Assembly (NCBI GenBank): GCA_000388065.2
Contig: KB932201.1
Strand: one strand, 5' to 3'
DNA from: Fonticula alba ATCC 38817
Lineage: Eukaryota > Protista > Nucleariida
Length of the DNA: 64,000 nt
The position numbers were made by a program, and so were the translations under genes. The notes under the pieces are model-generated. The model saw only the letters and a program-made list of their open reading frames with translations. It did not search any database and was not told the origin of the DNA. How positions within the stretch are numbered: the first letter of the stretch is position 1; every line of letters starts with the position of its first letter. Shown one piece after another: positions 35,201 through 48,091 of the stretch.

Positions 35201-38200
35201 CTCCCCCGATGCCGGGCCCGACTTTGGCGGTGGCCGATCCGCTCTTGGCGCGGTACTCCTGCATTGCCTTGCAGAAGCTCAACCCCAGGCTTACCTCTTC
35301 CAAGCGGCAAATGATTTCGGCCATGGCAGCCGCCGCCTCCTCCTCCTCGGCGGCATCCGGGGCGTCTGGTGCTTCTAAACGCCGGCGGAATGCCTCCAAT
35401 CAAGCCCCGATGAACTTGGGCTTTTCGCGTTTCGCTCCGGACCACTTCCTGGCGCCGCGCCTGGCCGAGATCATCTACGACTTCTCGACCCCGATCAACA
35501 ACTGGTTTGTCCCGACTGCCTCCACCCCTCCTCCCTGCCCCTTCCTCGCGGTCTCTTCTTCTCGCCTTCACTTTCGCTGGGCACCGGTGCCGATGGGGCT
35601 TTTCTTTCCCACTGACACCCCCGCTGCTATGTCCGGCGCTGCTATTGCCACTCTCGGCGATGTTGCCGGTCAGGATGGTTGTGGTCGAACAGGCGATTGG
35701 CTGCGTCTACCAGCTCTTCGAGCATCCCGACATTATCATGGGCCAACTGATCAAGATGATGACGAGCGCGGTGTTTGTTCTCTCCGACCGGCCTGGGTCG
35801 GCCTCGGCCTCGGCCCCGGCCTCGGCCTCGGCTGAGGCACACCTCACCGACGAGCGGGCAGCTCCGAGCACGGACTTGTGCGTTCCCTCCCCCCTCCCTC
35901 CCCCCGGATTGCCGCAGTCCGCCGCCTGCCCCTGTTCCTCCTCCTGCGTCTTCTGACCACCCCTTCCACTCGAGGACAGCACGAATCTTTCGGAGGACTC
36001 GCTCAGCCGCCTGCTCTTTGTGGTTGGCCATGTCGCGCTCAAGCAGATCACTCACTTGGAGACGATCGATCGGAATTGGAAGCGCGCACACTCCGCTGCC
36101 AAGGACCGAGGTACGGGGGCTGTTGTGTTTTTCTTTTCTCCCCCTTTCTCCTCACCGTCCCATGTGTCACTTTGTCTTTTGTTGGTCGACACATCCCTCA
36201 CCATCTCTACCCTGCCTTCTTTTGTCCCCTCCCTCGGCCTCCGTAGCCAAGAAGATCGGCCAGGATGCCAAGCTTCACGATGAGAAGGAGCGCAAGAAGC
36301 GCCAGCGTCAGTCCAAGGGGGATCTCCAGCCGCCCGGCACGCCCGGGGCTCTGCTCAGCTCCAGCGGCAATGACGGGGCCCGTGACTCGCCGGCGGTCGC
36401 GGCTCAGAAGGCTCGCCAGCGCCTGTCTGTCCGGCAGTCGATGCGCAAGTCCGAGGGGCCGGCTGCCGGGATCGAGGATGACCTGGAACAGGTTTCCTCG
36501 ACCGGCAATGCTGAGGATGACTTTGCCGACACCCTGTTGATTGTCCGCGAGGATGAGCTGCTCACCGGGCCGCGCTCGCTGCTGAGCGTCTTCGGGCCGA
36601 TTATCGTGCAGATCTGCCAGCAGAACCGCACCTTTGATGTGCGTACTGGTGCTCTACCTTGGCCCTCCCCCGCGGGGAACTGTCAATCACCCTCTATGCT
36701 TCATTGTTGCTTTGTCTCGCTCCCTCTCTCTGACCATCTTCCCTTCCCTCGTCTCTCTCTCTCTCTCTCTCCCCCTCTTTGCTGCCTGCAGGACGAGGTT
36801 CTCCAGCAGACAGCTGTCTTGGCGCTCTGCAAGTTCATGTGTGTTTCGAGCGACTTCTGCGCCTCGAACCTTCAGCTGCTTTTCACCATCCTGGAGAAGT
36901 CCCCGGACGAGATCATCCGGAGCAACATCGTCCTGGCCGTTGGAGATATGCTCATTTGCTTTAACAAGTGCGCTTCCGAGAGGAGAAAAGAAAGAAGACA
37001 AGCCTGCGACCGTCGCACTCCCCCGCCCTCTCCCGCCCTCCTTGTCCTGTGTCCCTCCCCCCGCGGACTTCGCTAACATGTGCGCCCGCACGCAGCATTG
37101 TCGGTGAGAATATCGAGCACATGTACTATCGCCTGTCGGACCGTTCGCTCACTGTCCGCAAGAACACGCTGATGGTCCTCTCGCATCTGATCCTCAATGG
37201 AATGGTTCGTGCACGATACCGTGGGGGGGGGGGGGGGGGGTGTCACTCCGCTTGTTTCGCGTGGGCCGCCTTTTGCTGATTTGCCTCTCTCCCCCCCTCC
37301 CCCCCTGTCATCTTCCAGATCAAGGTCAAGGGCCACATCGCCGACATTGCTCTGCTCACGCTGGATCCTCATGGCGGAATCTCCTCCCTGGCCAAGGTGC
37401 GCTCCTACCTGCATGTCCTCAGGCACATTGGCCTGCATCTCGCACCGCCTCTCTGACCCTCCTCTCTGGCCCCTGCCCACCCTCTCCAGCTCTTCTTCTC
37501 CGAGCTGGCCACCAAGGATAATTCCATCTACAATAATATGCCAGACATGATCAGCAACCTGGCTCTCGGGAACCGGAATCTCCCGGTCGAGGACTTCCGC
37601 AAGGTGGCGCGCTTCCTGTTGAGCTTCGTCACGCGCGACCGGCAGGCGTCGAACCTGGTGTCGCGCCTGCGTGCCCGGGCGGCCACCGTGGCCACGGACC
37701 GCCAGCGCGAGGACCTGGCCTTCTGCATCAGCCAGCTGGTCAAGGACAAGGCTGCGGCGGATGAGATCATCCGGTCGCTTCTCGGATCGACCGACGCGAT
37801 GGCTGAGGCGGCCGATTCCACCGAGCCAGCCGTGCTGGACCCAGTCACTGGGAGTCTCGACGCCGCTGCTGTCCCGGATGCCGAGACTGATGTTGGTCCG
37901 GCTGCCGGGCTTGCTCTGCCGCTGGTGGAGCCTGGCTCGGGCGTGAGTGACCCGGACATCGGCATCGAGCATGGGCCCGGCAAGAAGCCCAGCCGGTCAG
38001 TGACAATCATCTCGCCGATGTCGGATGATGATGATGACGACGACGACGATGACGACTCCTCGAGCTCTTCCTCCCCGTCGGACTCGGACTTGGACTCGGA
38101 GTCGGACTTGGACTCGGACGCCGAGCCCGGACTTTTGGCCTCCGCCCCGCACCCGATGTCCCCCTCTTTCATGGGCATTCGCCGGGTGCAGGGCCTCGGC

Positions 38201-38605
38201 TCGCCAGTGCCTGTTACCCCAGGCCGCGGATCGGAGGCCATTGCCTCGGCGGCCTTCTCCTTCCAGGCTCGCTCGGCCGCTGCCGGGAGACGCGCCCCCG
38301 GGCTCGGCGAGTGTCCGTCCACAATGCAGCTTCTCCATAGCCCGGCCAATGGGCTGGCGGCTGGTTCACCGCAAACTCCGCTGGTTGGCGGTGCGCACCT
38401 TCTGGAGGCTGGCCTCCTGTCCCCAGGGTCGGGATCAGTGCGCCGGCGTCTGCGTGATCCGGAGTCTCGGCAGAGCATCCTCAATTCCGGCGGTCACCGC
38501 CGGAAGCGGCGTCTCCTCGATCACTCGCCCACCACCACCGAGGAGGATCCGGACGACCAGGCCATGCGCTCGGCCGAGAGCGACGACGAGGAGGATGCCA
38601 ACTAG
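32244..38605 (+). CDS. NCAPD2: Condensin I HEAT subunit CAP-D2/Cnd1/Ycs4, 13 exons, ~1660 aa
   Basis: Exons 32244-32376, 32473-32551, 32615-32673, 32751-33272, 33398-33663, 33784-35504, 35674-35877, 35980-36110, 36247-36638, 36792-36967, 37096-37204, 37319-37396, 37490-38605 (4986 nt, phase-consistent). Hallmarks: LSRLLFVVGHVALKQI, EDDFAD..REDELL..SLLSVFGPII, LALCKFMCVSSDFC..NLQLLFTILE..IRSNIVLAVGDM, VRKNTLMVLSHLILNGM|IKVKG, LFFSELATKDNSIYNNMPDMIS. Confidence 0.95.
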
Positions 38606-39051
38606 CGCATCCGGCCGCAGTGTGAAGGAGAGCACCCCACCGGGGCGCCTCTTTTCCCCTCCTCGACATGGCAAAATATACACACATAGATTTCCAGCAG
38701 CATCCCACACGACAAAATGCAGCCCGCCAAACACTCATGCATGGGCCCACGGATGATGNNNNNNNNNNNNNNNNNNNNNNNNNNNNNNNNNNNNNNNNGG
38801 GGGGGGGGGGGGGGGCGGAGGGGCGGCATTTCAGGCGGGTTTATTTTTTTCGCGGGACACGCGCGCCGGGAGCGGGTGTCACCACACTTTCCAGAAAGGA
38901 CATGGGGTGCTGTGAGGAGGGGAGGAGGGCGCAGGAGGCCACAGACAAAGGCGAGGATCTTTCCCCCGTGGCGACCGCACGCACGCACGCACGCACGCAC
39001 GCATGCGCGCGCGCTCTCCCTCTCCCCCTCGGTCCCTGTGTCGGTCTCTCC

Positions 39052-42000
39052 TCAGTGCATGACAGGGAACTTGTCCAGATCCGAGATGACATCGCGCGCG
39101 GTCATGGAAGCATCGTTGTACTGGATGCGCAGGCGCAGGCGGGGGCTCTCGCCGATCGGGCAGAAGACACGCAGCAGCAGGGGGGACACCTCGCCCGGGG
39201 CCAGCTGGGTGGAGGACAGCGGGCGCATCTGGACCTTCTGCGAGCGATACGGCGCAGCCAGGACCTTCAGATCGGACAGGCCGCCGGCCGACGTGTTCCG
39301 GAGCATGAGCCGAATGTTGAGAATACGGTTGTCGGTGGCATCGACCATGTAGTGCGGCTCGATGGTCATGTCGCCGGCCTGGACGGTCGGGGCAATGGCA
39401 CCGCCGCCGGGGGACGACGGCTGGGCGGCCGGGGCGGCGGTGGCCGGAGTGGAAAGCCCCAGAAGGGCATCGAGAGAGGTGGCCGCCGGGGCACCGGTTG
39501 CCGGGGCAGCGGCGGTCGAGGTGCCGAGGCTCAGCTCCGACAGGAGATCCAGCGCAGCCACACCGGAGGAGCCGGTGGCCGGGGTGGACGAAACCCCGAT
39601 CGGCTCGTCCAAGCCAAGAAGGTCGACCAGGAGGCCACCCGCGGAGGTGGCACCGCCTGCAGCAGCACCACCGACGGCCGGAGCCGCGTCGACAATCCCC
39701 GAGGCATCTGGCGACCGGGGCTGCGCGCTCTGGACCTCGGGGGTGGGCATCGGCTCGGCCAGCTCCCGGCGAAGGGCCTTCATGCTGGCATCGCCGGTGA
39801 AGAGGGCCGAGTATTCGCAAGCGCGCTGCTGAAGCTCGGCATTCGGGCTGCAGCGGAAGGTGTCCAGCATGCTGGCGATGCGGGTCTGCACGGCCTGGTC
39901 ATCGGAGAAGCGGGCCGACAGCTTGAGCAGGGTGTTGAGGACATAGGCGCGGATGGTCTGGCGCGCGGGCAGGGCCGGGACCGCCGGGAAGCGGAGGATC
40001 TCCTCCAGCAGGTCGAGAACCTCCTGCTCGGAGATGGCCTGCTGGCGGCGGGCCTCCTCGGTGGCGGCCGGGGCCCCGTCATCGAGGGACTGCTCGTCAT
40101 CGAAGAGGGCGGCCGAAGTGAAGGAGGGACTCCCATGGACCAGAACGGCGCCATACTCGCCGATGGACCACACGGCGGTGAGGACCAAAGCCGCCTGGCT
40201 GGCGTTCTCCCGGAGGGCGGTATACAGCTTGAGCACGGCGTACGGCTGGAGATCGGGCGACTGCTGGATGAGGGTGATAATCTCGCCGAGGATGTCATCA
40301 CGGACGTAGTTGCCGGCCAGGCGGATGACGCGGATCAGGGTGTCGAGGTGCCAGCGGCGGTTCGGGGCGTAGCGGGCCGACACGGCGGCCAGCTCGGTGA
40401 TGACATGCGGCTTGAGGGCGGGCTCGGCGCGCTCCAGGAAGAGGAGCAGCTCACGCACCAGCGGCCGGACATTGGAGGAGTTCATCAGGGCGAAGGTGAG
40501 ATCCAGGGCGCGGCGACGGATGGACACGTCCGAGTCGTGCAGACACTCGACGACGGTCTTGCGATGGCGCTGGACGGCGGCCGGGTCACGCTGGATGGTC
40601 TGAAGGAGGGTATTGAGGGAGATGTAGCTGCGTGTGTGTGTGGGGATTTCGCGTGCGGGGAGGGGCGTGCATGGCCGAGGTCAGTGGATGTGTGGAGAGG
40701 GGGAAAGAAGGCAAGCGGCCCGAAGCGTACCGGGTGCTGTTATCCTTGCTGTTGGCCAGGAAGCGACCGATGATGTTGATGGCCATCACGCGGAGGCTCG
40801 GTTCGGCCTCGATGGCCATGATGGTGCGAACGGTCTCATAGAGGACCGCGCTGCCGATGTTGCGGGTGGAGGTGGTGTTGGGGGGGGGGGGGAGGGAGGG
40901 GAGTGGATGGGGTGAGAGGGGAGAGGGGGGTGGGGGGGGGAGGGTGGGGGTGGGGATGGGTGATGGGAAGAGGGGGGGGGGGAGGGGGAATGGCATGACG
41001 GGATCGATCACCATGCAGGGGGGGGGGGAGGGTCGTGGTGCAGTATGGCGACAAGCGCGCACCTGAGCCAGGATGTCGCCCATCAGGTCGGAGGACTGGG
41101 GATGGCCAGCGCCAAGGAGGCGGAGCAGGCGGAGGATGCGGATCTGCAGGAAGGGATCGGCGACGCCATCCATGTCGTGCTCATGCGAAGGGGGGCCGGT
41201 GATCAGGGCATTGAGAATGCGAATGATGTGGGCGGTATGCTGGGGAAGGATATGAGGGGGAGGGGGGGGGGGGGGAGAGGGTGTCAGCCACACGACGATG
41301 GGCAGGGGTGCAGGAGGGTGAGCTGGGCAGGGCAGGTGGGTGGGGCTGCCACGGCGGAAGACGCACACTGCGGAAGACGGCAAGCGACTCGGGGCTGATC
41401 ATGCAGAGCTCATGGATGAGGGTGATGCCCGCGAGCAGGGCGCCGTGGTGCTTCTCGTTGAGGACATAGCGGATGGCCTTGGCGGTGAAGCCCTCGGCCA
41501 GGGTGGAGGGGGCGCGGGACACCAGGCGCACAGCGCACAGGTTGGCCTTCTTGCGGATGTAGCCACTGGAGCTGCCCATCAGGCGCTCAACATCGGTGGC
41601 CAGATCGTGGGCCATCTCGGTGGAGGTGATGCTGGCCACGGCGGCCAAGGCCAGACCATTGATGTAGACATTGGAGCTATTCAGGTCGCTGTGGGCACAG
41701 GGTCGGGAGCGGCGCGGGCAGGGGGGAGGAGGAGGGAGGAGTGAGACACTGGGAGACATGCACAAAAGGCGGGCGCGGTGCTGGCGGAACTGATGGAGCG
41801 CGGGGGACGGGGGGGGGGGGCACAGGGGCGCACTTCTTCATCGAGTTGATGGCCAGAGTCAGGACCTCCTGGCTCTCATCCAGGAGCAGAGTAATGCCGA
41901 GGTAGCCGAGGCGCTTGTCGGCAAAGCGCGGGGATGCCAGCAGCTTGACGCACTCAATCTGGCCTGTGAGGCGCGGGGGGGAGGCGGGCGGGACAAAGTC

Positions 42001-42450
42001 AGGACACAAGCAGGGGTAAGGCGGCCTGCCGCGGGGGGAGAGGGAGCGAGCGGACAGATCGGGAGGCATATGCACGCACCCCACTGGGCGGGGTAGCCCA
42101 GCATGTGGATGTAGAGGAGCTTGGCCACATTGCGGTGGCGGTAGTCAGCGTTGTCCTCCTTGAACTGAGTACGAATGAGGGCGGACTCCTTGGCGATCAC
42201 GGCGCGCTCCTCGGCGGCGGTCTGCGGCGAGGGAAAGGGTGTGTGTGTGTGTGTGAGGGAGGGAGGGGACACAGGAGAGAGGTCGACGGCGTGAGCCAGA
42301 GCATGAGGTGGGGGGGAAAGCAGATGGGCCGAAGCAAAAAAAGGGCAAGCGGAGAGGCGCATACTCCCCGGCAGGAGGGCGCACCTTGGAGGAGCGGACC
42401 GAGCGGACCAGGTCCTTGAGGCGAGTGGAGGAGGAAAAAAGGCGGTCCAT
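39052..42450 (-). CDS. AP1G1: AP-1 adaptor complex gamma subunit (trunk + hinge + GAE ear), 7 exons, ~856 aa
   Basis: Minus-strand exons 42450-42385, 42221-42080, 41963-41834, 41688-41367, 41239-41063, ~40888-40731, 40627-39052. [13 protein letters not shown]|[36 protein letters not shown]|[49 protein letters not shown] and a beta-rich ear. The exon 6 acceptor is missing in the assembly (see findings). Confidence 0.96.
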
Positions 42451-45400
42451 GGCTGCGGTGGTGCTCGGGTAGCGTGGCGGAGCCAGAGGGGAGGGGGGGG
42501 GGGAGCTGACGAAGGGGGAGGGAGGAGAAAAGAGGAGGAGGAGGAAGGGAAGCTCTCCCGGCGAGGGGGCAGGCGGGGATTGAGGGGAGGCAGAGGGGGG
42601 CGAGAGGAAGGAGCGGGGCTGTGAGGGTGGAGGAGAGACCGGATCGATCTCGCTGGTGCTCGGGGCTCTGGGAGGGGAGGGAGCCGCCCCAGGGGTGGCG
42701 GCACTTTTTTCTCGCCCCCTCCCCGGGCAGGATCACCCTGGGGAGGGTGTCCGGGCCCGCCCTTCCCTCTGGTCGGCCCCCCCCCCCCCNNNNNNNNNNN
42801 NNNNNNNNNNNNNNNNNNNNNNNNNNNNNNNNNNNNNNNNNNNNNNNNNNNNNNNNNNNNNNNNNNNNNNNNNNNNNNNNNNNNNNNNNNNNNNNNNNNN
42901 NNNNNNNNNNNNNNNNNNNNNNNNNNNNNNNNNNNNNNNNNNNNNNNNNNNNNNNNNNNNNNNNNNNNNNNNNNNNNNNNNNNNNNNNNNNNNNNNNNNN
43001 NNNNNNNNNNNNNNNNNNNNNNNNNNNNNNNNNNNNNNNNNNNNNNNNNNNNNNNNNNNNNNNNNNNNNNNNNNNNNNNNNNNNNNNNNNNNNNNNNNNN
43101 NNNNNNNNNNNNNNNNNNNNNNNNNNNNNNNNNNNNNNNNNNNNNNNNNNNNNNNNNNNNNNNNNNNNNNNNNNNNNNNNNNNNNNNNNNNNNNNNNNNN
43201 NNNNNNNNNNNNNNNNNNNNNNNNNNNNNNNNNNNNNNNNNNNNNNNNNNNNNNNNNNNNNNNNNNNNNNNNNNNNNNNGGGGGGGGGGGGGGGCATCTT
43301 CAGCGATGAGCGCGGCTTGGGGCCGGGGAGACGGCCGCGGGCGCGGGCACCTTGGCATGATGGGCCGGCCCGACAGCGCCGGCCCGAGGAGAAGTGTGGC
43401 TGGAAAACTAGCGGAAATGTTCCGGCGCGGGTGTCGCCCCTCGGGCTCCGGGCCGGATGACTGCGTATTGGATGCCCGTTGGTGCCGAGCCCGTTTTTGG
43501 CTCCCCGCCCCCCTCGAGCACTCGGGCCCTTTTGCCCGGCCTCGGCCGGTGGCCGTGGGGCTGGGCTCGGCTTGGAGTGAGCGCGCGGGCAAGATCCGGC
43601 GGGGCTGTTTCATCATTCGGGAAGCCGGCGGTCTGCCGTCTGTGGCCCGGCCCACCGCCGGGGGGGGTCCGGCCGGCGGGTGGCTGGCCGGAGCCGCGGT
43701 GCGCGCCCCAGGCACCCAGGCTCCCCTGGAGCCAGGAGACTAGGTGTGTCTTGGGGCGTTGGCCCGGCCGGCCGTCGCGCAGCAGCGAGCACTTCGAACA
43801 GGTCAGGGAACATGGCCGGACCGCACTCTGGGCCCTCTCCCTCTCTGTGTGTATCTTCCCCTCTGTTCGGAGCGATGTCGGTTATTCCGCCCGGGGGAGA
43901 GACTGGCCGCCGGCCGGGCGGTGAGCGTTTTCCCGGCTACCGGTGCCCGAGAGGGAACCTTGGCCAGCCCGAGGGCCAAGGAGTCCTCGGCCACCCGGGT
44001 GGGTACGGGGGCGACCGGGGGGGGGGGGGGGGGGGGCTGGGGGGGGGGCATTTCAAATTCGGCCATCCCCTTCTCCACGGGAAAGACCGGCCCGGCTGGG
44101 CCTGCCTTCGGTGGTTGGACTACATGTCCCCCTGGTCCTTCCCCCTCTGCAAGGATGCGCGCTATTGTCACCCAGGGCCGGTCACTGGCGAGGATGGGCC
44201 GCGCCAACGGAGCATGTACCGGGGCATGGATCCTTCGGCCTCGCCCGCTTCGTGTGAAGCATGGGTCATGTGCTCACACATGACCACGGCACGCGACAGG
44301 GCACGAAGGCGGCGCAGGTCGAATCAATAGAATCACATGCCCTTCGCTCCGGTAAAGAGAGCCAGCTGACACAGAGCCATTTCCGCGCGCCCCAGACTGG
44401 TCGAAACCGGCGCCGGGGCATCGCCGGCCGGCCAGCCGGACGGGGCGGGGGGGGGGGGGGGGGGCGGATGTAGGGCAGCACTTCATCGTCGCCCTCGTGC
44501 GACGGGCTGCGATCCCCCCTCCCCCTCCGGAGAGACGCTTGCCTCGCGGCCCTTAAAGAGCCCCCCTCCTCCGGCCAGGGAGGGGATGCGTGTGCGCGCC
44601 CGTGCCACAACCCGCATGCCCCTCTGGGCGCTGTGGGCGCTCTGGGCGCCGAAGAAAGGGCGGTTGTGTGCCCCTTCCCCTGGGCGCTTGAGGCCTCTTC
44701 TCCAAAGCCGGGGGATCAAGCGAAGCGCGCCCCAAGGGCATGCGAGCGGGTTGGAGGCGGGCTGGGGGAAGGGCAAGAGCCGCCTGTGGATGGCGCGGCA
44801 GGAATGCCGGGCGGCCGCGACGTCGACATCGGGTTCTAGCCCGGGTCTCCGACGACAGGGGGCTGGCGTGGGGGGGGGGGGGNNNNNNNNNNNNNNNNNN
44901 NNNNNNNNNNNNNNNNNNNNNNNNNNNNNNNNNNNNNNNNNNNNNNNNNNNNNNNNNNNNNNNNNNNNNNNNNNNNNNNNNNNNNNNNNNNNNNNNNNNN
45001 NNNNNNNNNNNNNNNNNNNNNNNNNNNNNNNNNNNNNNNNNNNNNNNNNNNNNNNNNNNNNNNNNNNNNNNNNNNNNNNNNNNNNNNNNNNNNNNNNNNN
45101 NNNNNNNNNNNNNNNNNNNNNNNNNNNNNNNNNNNNNNNNNNNNNNNNNNNNNNNNNNNNNNNNNNNNNNNNNNNNNNNNNNNNNNNNNNNNNNNNNNNN
45201 NNNNNNNCCCAGGGGACGGCCGTCCTCCGCCACTTGTCGTTGGGCTCCCAAGCCGACGAGCTTGTTCGGACAGCGCGCCGCCGGTCGGGTCTCCCCTGCC
45301 GGACGAGCCGGTGGCACGCGCATGGGCGTGGCCGAGTGGCTGGGCATGTTTGTGCGCCAACGCGACCCTCGGCGGCGACCGGTGCCCGACGCCAACAGGG

Positions 45401-47565
45401 CCGCGACCGGGGACCGGGGCCGGGGCCGGGGGGGGGGGGGAGGGGACACCGGGGCGGCCTGTCACATGCTGGGGGCGGCTTTCCCGGATGCCCGGCCGGA
45501 TATGGCCTGGTACGGGGGCGATCCTCCTGGCCGCCTCCGCGGCCGAGCGCCTGGGGCGGTGAGCCGGGGCCAGTACGTGGCATGCCTGAATGCCCGCCGC
45601 CGGGCGGCCTCCCACCGGACGCGGGGGTCCGCGTGAGTGAAGTCGCGCGCCAAGGACGCCGTCGTGCTGCGGACCGCGGTGACGCCACATTGGTCCGATC
45701 AACAGGCGCGCCGTCGGCCGCCTCTTTGGATCGGCCCGGCCCGGGGGCCCGGCCCGCTGGGCGCCGCCGGCCCCTAGACGGCCGTTGTCGGGGGTGGGGG
45801 AAGGCCCGGGGGCCAAGCGATTGGACGCCCAGGCCGCCTGCGACCGACCGCTGGGCATTTCCCGGTCGGAGAGCTGGCCGGCTCGCTGGCACGCGTGCAT
45901 GTGCAGGCCGCGCCTCCTCCCGGGGTGTACGCAGTTACATGGTGCTGGCGTCGGCACCGGTGGGCGGGGGTGCCTGCGGGGGGATCTTCCCCCGGCCGCG
46001 GCCCGGGCAGAGGCGCCGGCATGCGCCTGCTCCCCGGGTCGCCGCCAGCTGCCAGGCGCTGAGAGCTCCTCCCCAAGTCCTGCCAGATGTCGGGCTCTGG
46101 GGGGCGGGGATGGGCGCCGTGCGCCGGCTCCACACGGCTGCCGTGTCCCCAGCGGCGGGCTCATTTCCAGGTGGACCTGCGAGCTGGGCCGCCGGGGGGC
46201 GGGGGGGCGGGGGGGGCGATGCATTTTGCTGGCGGGACTCGCTATTTCCGGGGCACTTTGAGCGGCCGACCCGCCCGGCCGGCGCACGGGGCCTTGGTTG
46301 GATGTGCGTGTCCCGGCGCTCCTGCCGCCCCTCCTCCCCGCTGCTCGCGCACGATCGTCACGAATGAGGCCGGGGGGCGGGCGGGCGGGCGGGGGGGGGG
46401 TTCGTGCCCGGGAGAGCCATGGGCTGAGGGAGCCCCCAGCCCCTGGTGCGATGCGCGTAATTTCCGGGCTACCTCGCGGTTGTGCTTCTCCGCCCCCCGC
46501 CCCCCGCCCCCCGACCGGCGTCGTCGCCCGGGCGCGGGCTCTGATGCCCGGTCGTGACTCCGGCCTGAGGTTGGGCCATGGGCAGCCGGCGCGTGCGTCT
46601 CCGGCGTGCTCTCCCCGGTGTGGCTCTCCGGCCGGACGCGCCCGTCGCCGAAAGGCATGGTCTTTGTCCCTTTCGCGCGCCCTCCATCCGGGCCCCTCTC
46701 GCCCGCGCGCGAAAGGGCCCGCCAGCCGGCGCATGGTTCCTCCGGGAGCCCGCCGGCCGAGATGCCCACACTCGTACTTGGCCGTGGGCGGCCCTCTCCC
46801 GGCGGACGGGTGCCGGCCCGGTGTAGTACTGGCCGCGGGCTCGTACTCGTGCTCGAACTGTCTGAGAGGGAGGGGGGCGAGCTTGCCGTCCGTTACCACC
46901 TCCCTTCGAGGCCGACCTAGCGGCACAGCCAGCCCTTGCAAGGGGCTGGCCCCCTTGCGCCCGGGACCGAGTGTTCCCGGGCCCCCCCCCCCCCCCCCCC
47001 GCCACCCCGCCGGGGGGCGTGGCGAGTCGCCTCTCATCGCGGGCATATGGACCAGAACGGGATGCCAAAGACGGCCGGGCGGGGCCACGGGCCGCGGCAT
47101 TGGCAGAAGCTTGGTTCCACTGGGACAGGTGCCCGGCCTCAGGGGGGGTGACCGGGGCCCGGGCCGGCGGCCCAGATCGGTCTCGCTCTCCCGGGGCGCG
47201 CCCAAGGTGATCCGGGCCTGCCAGGCATTTTCCCCGGCCGCCGAGTTGAATTGGCAAACCGCCCGGCACCTGCTCATTAATAAATAAACAGGGGCTTCTG
47301 CTGAGCATGGGGCCGCGGCGCTTTTTGCCGCCGCTCGCGCGGCTCCCGCGCCGCCCGCCTTCGCTTCGTGGCGCTTCCCCGAGCGCGATGCGCCCGGTCC
47401 TGGCGGGGCCGGGCCGGCCCGGCGCGCGTCTTCCAGGTCAATGCCGCGAGCGGGCCGCACATTCCAGGGAGTTTGTCCATGTCCATCCCCCGTGCCCTCC
47501 GCCTTGCCCCCTGCTGTGCCCCTTGGCAAATATCCCTGGCTGCAGGGAGGGGCACATGGGGCGAG

Positions 47566-47596
<31 letters not shown>

Positions 47597-48044
47597 CACC
47601 ACGGGACACCTTCTCGCTCGGCCCCCGAACCCGCGCCCAGGCCCGGCCCGCGGTTGTGGTGCGGGGCCCAACGCAGGCGACCGGCCGGGTCGGGCGATGA
47701 CCTCGGCGAGGACACTGGGAGCCGCGAGGAAAGGGCCGTACACGCTGCCCCCCCCCCCTCCCCCCGGGCCATTCTCTTGTCGGCCAGCGTACACCGCGCG
47801 GGGGCGTCGAGGGAGGGGGGCTCCTCAACCGGGGACAAGGCGGAGTCTGCGACTGCGCCGGGGGGGGGGCGCGGGGAACGTGCGGCCCTTCTGCCAGACA
47901 TGCGCGCCCGGGCTGAGCGCGCAAGTGCACAAGGCCACGCGCTCGCACGCGCTTGCCCGTCCGCCACCGCGAGTGTCCGCCCCTCGCGCGAGACACCGAC
48001 GGGGAGACAAGCGTGGGGCCCATGGCAGCGGTCCCCGCCGCCCG

Positions 48045-48091
<47 letters not shown>

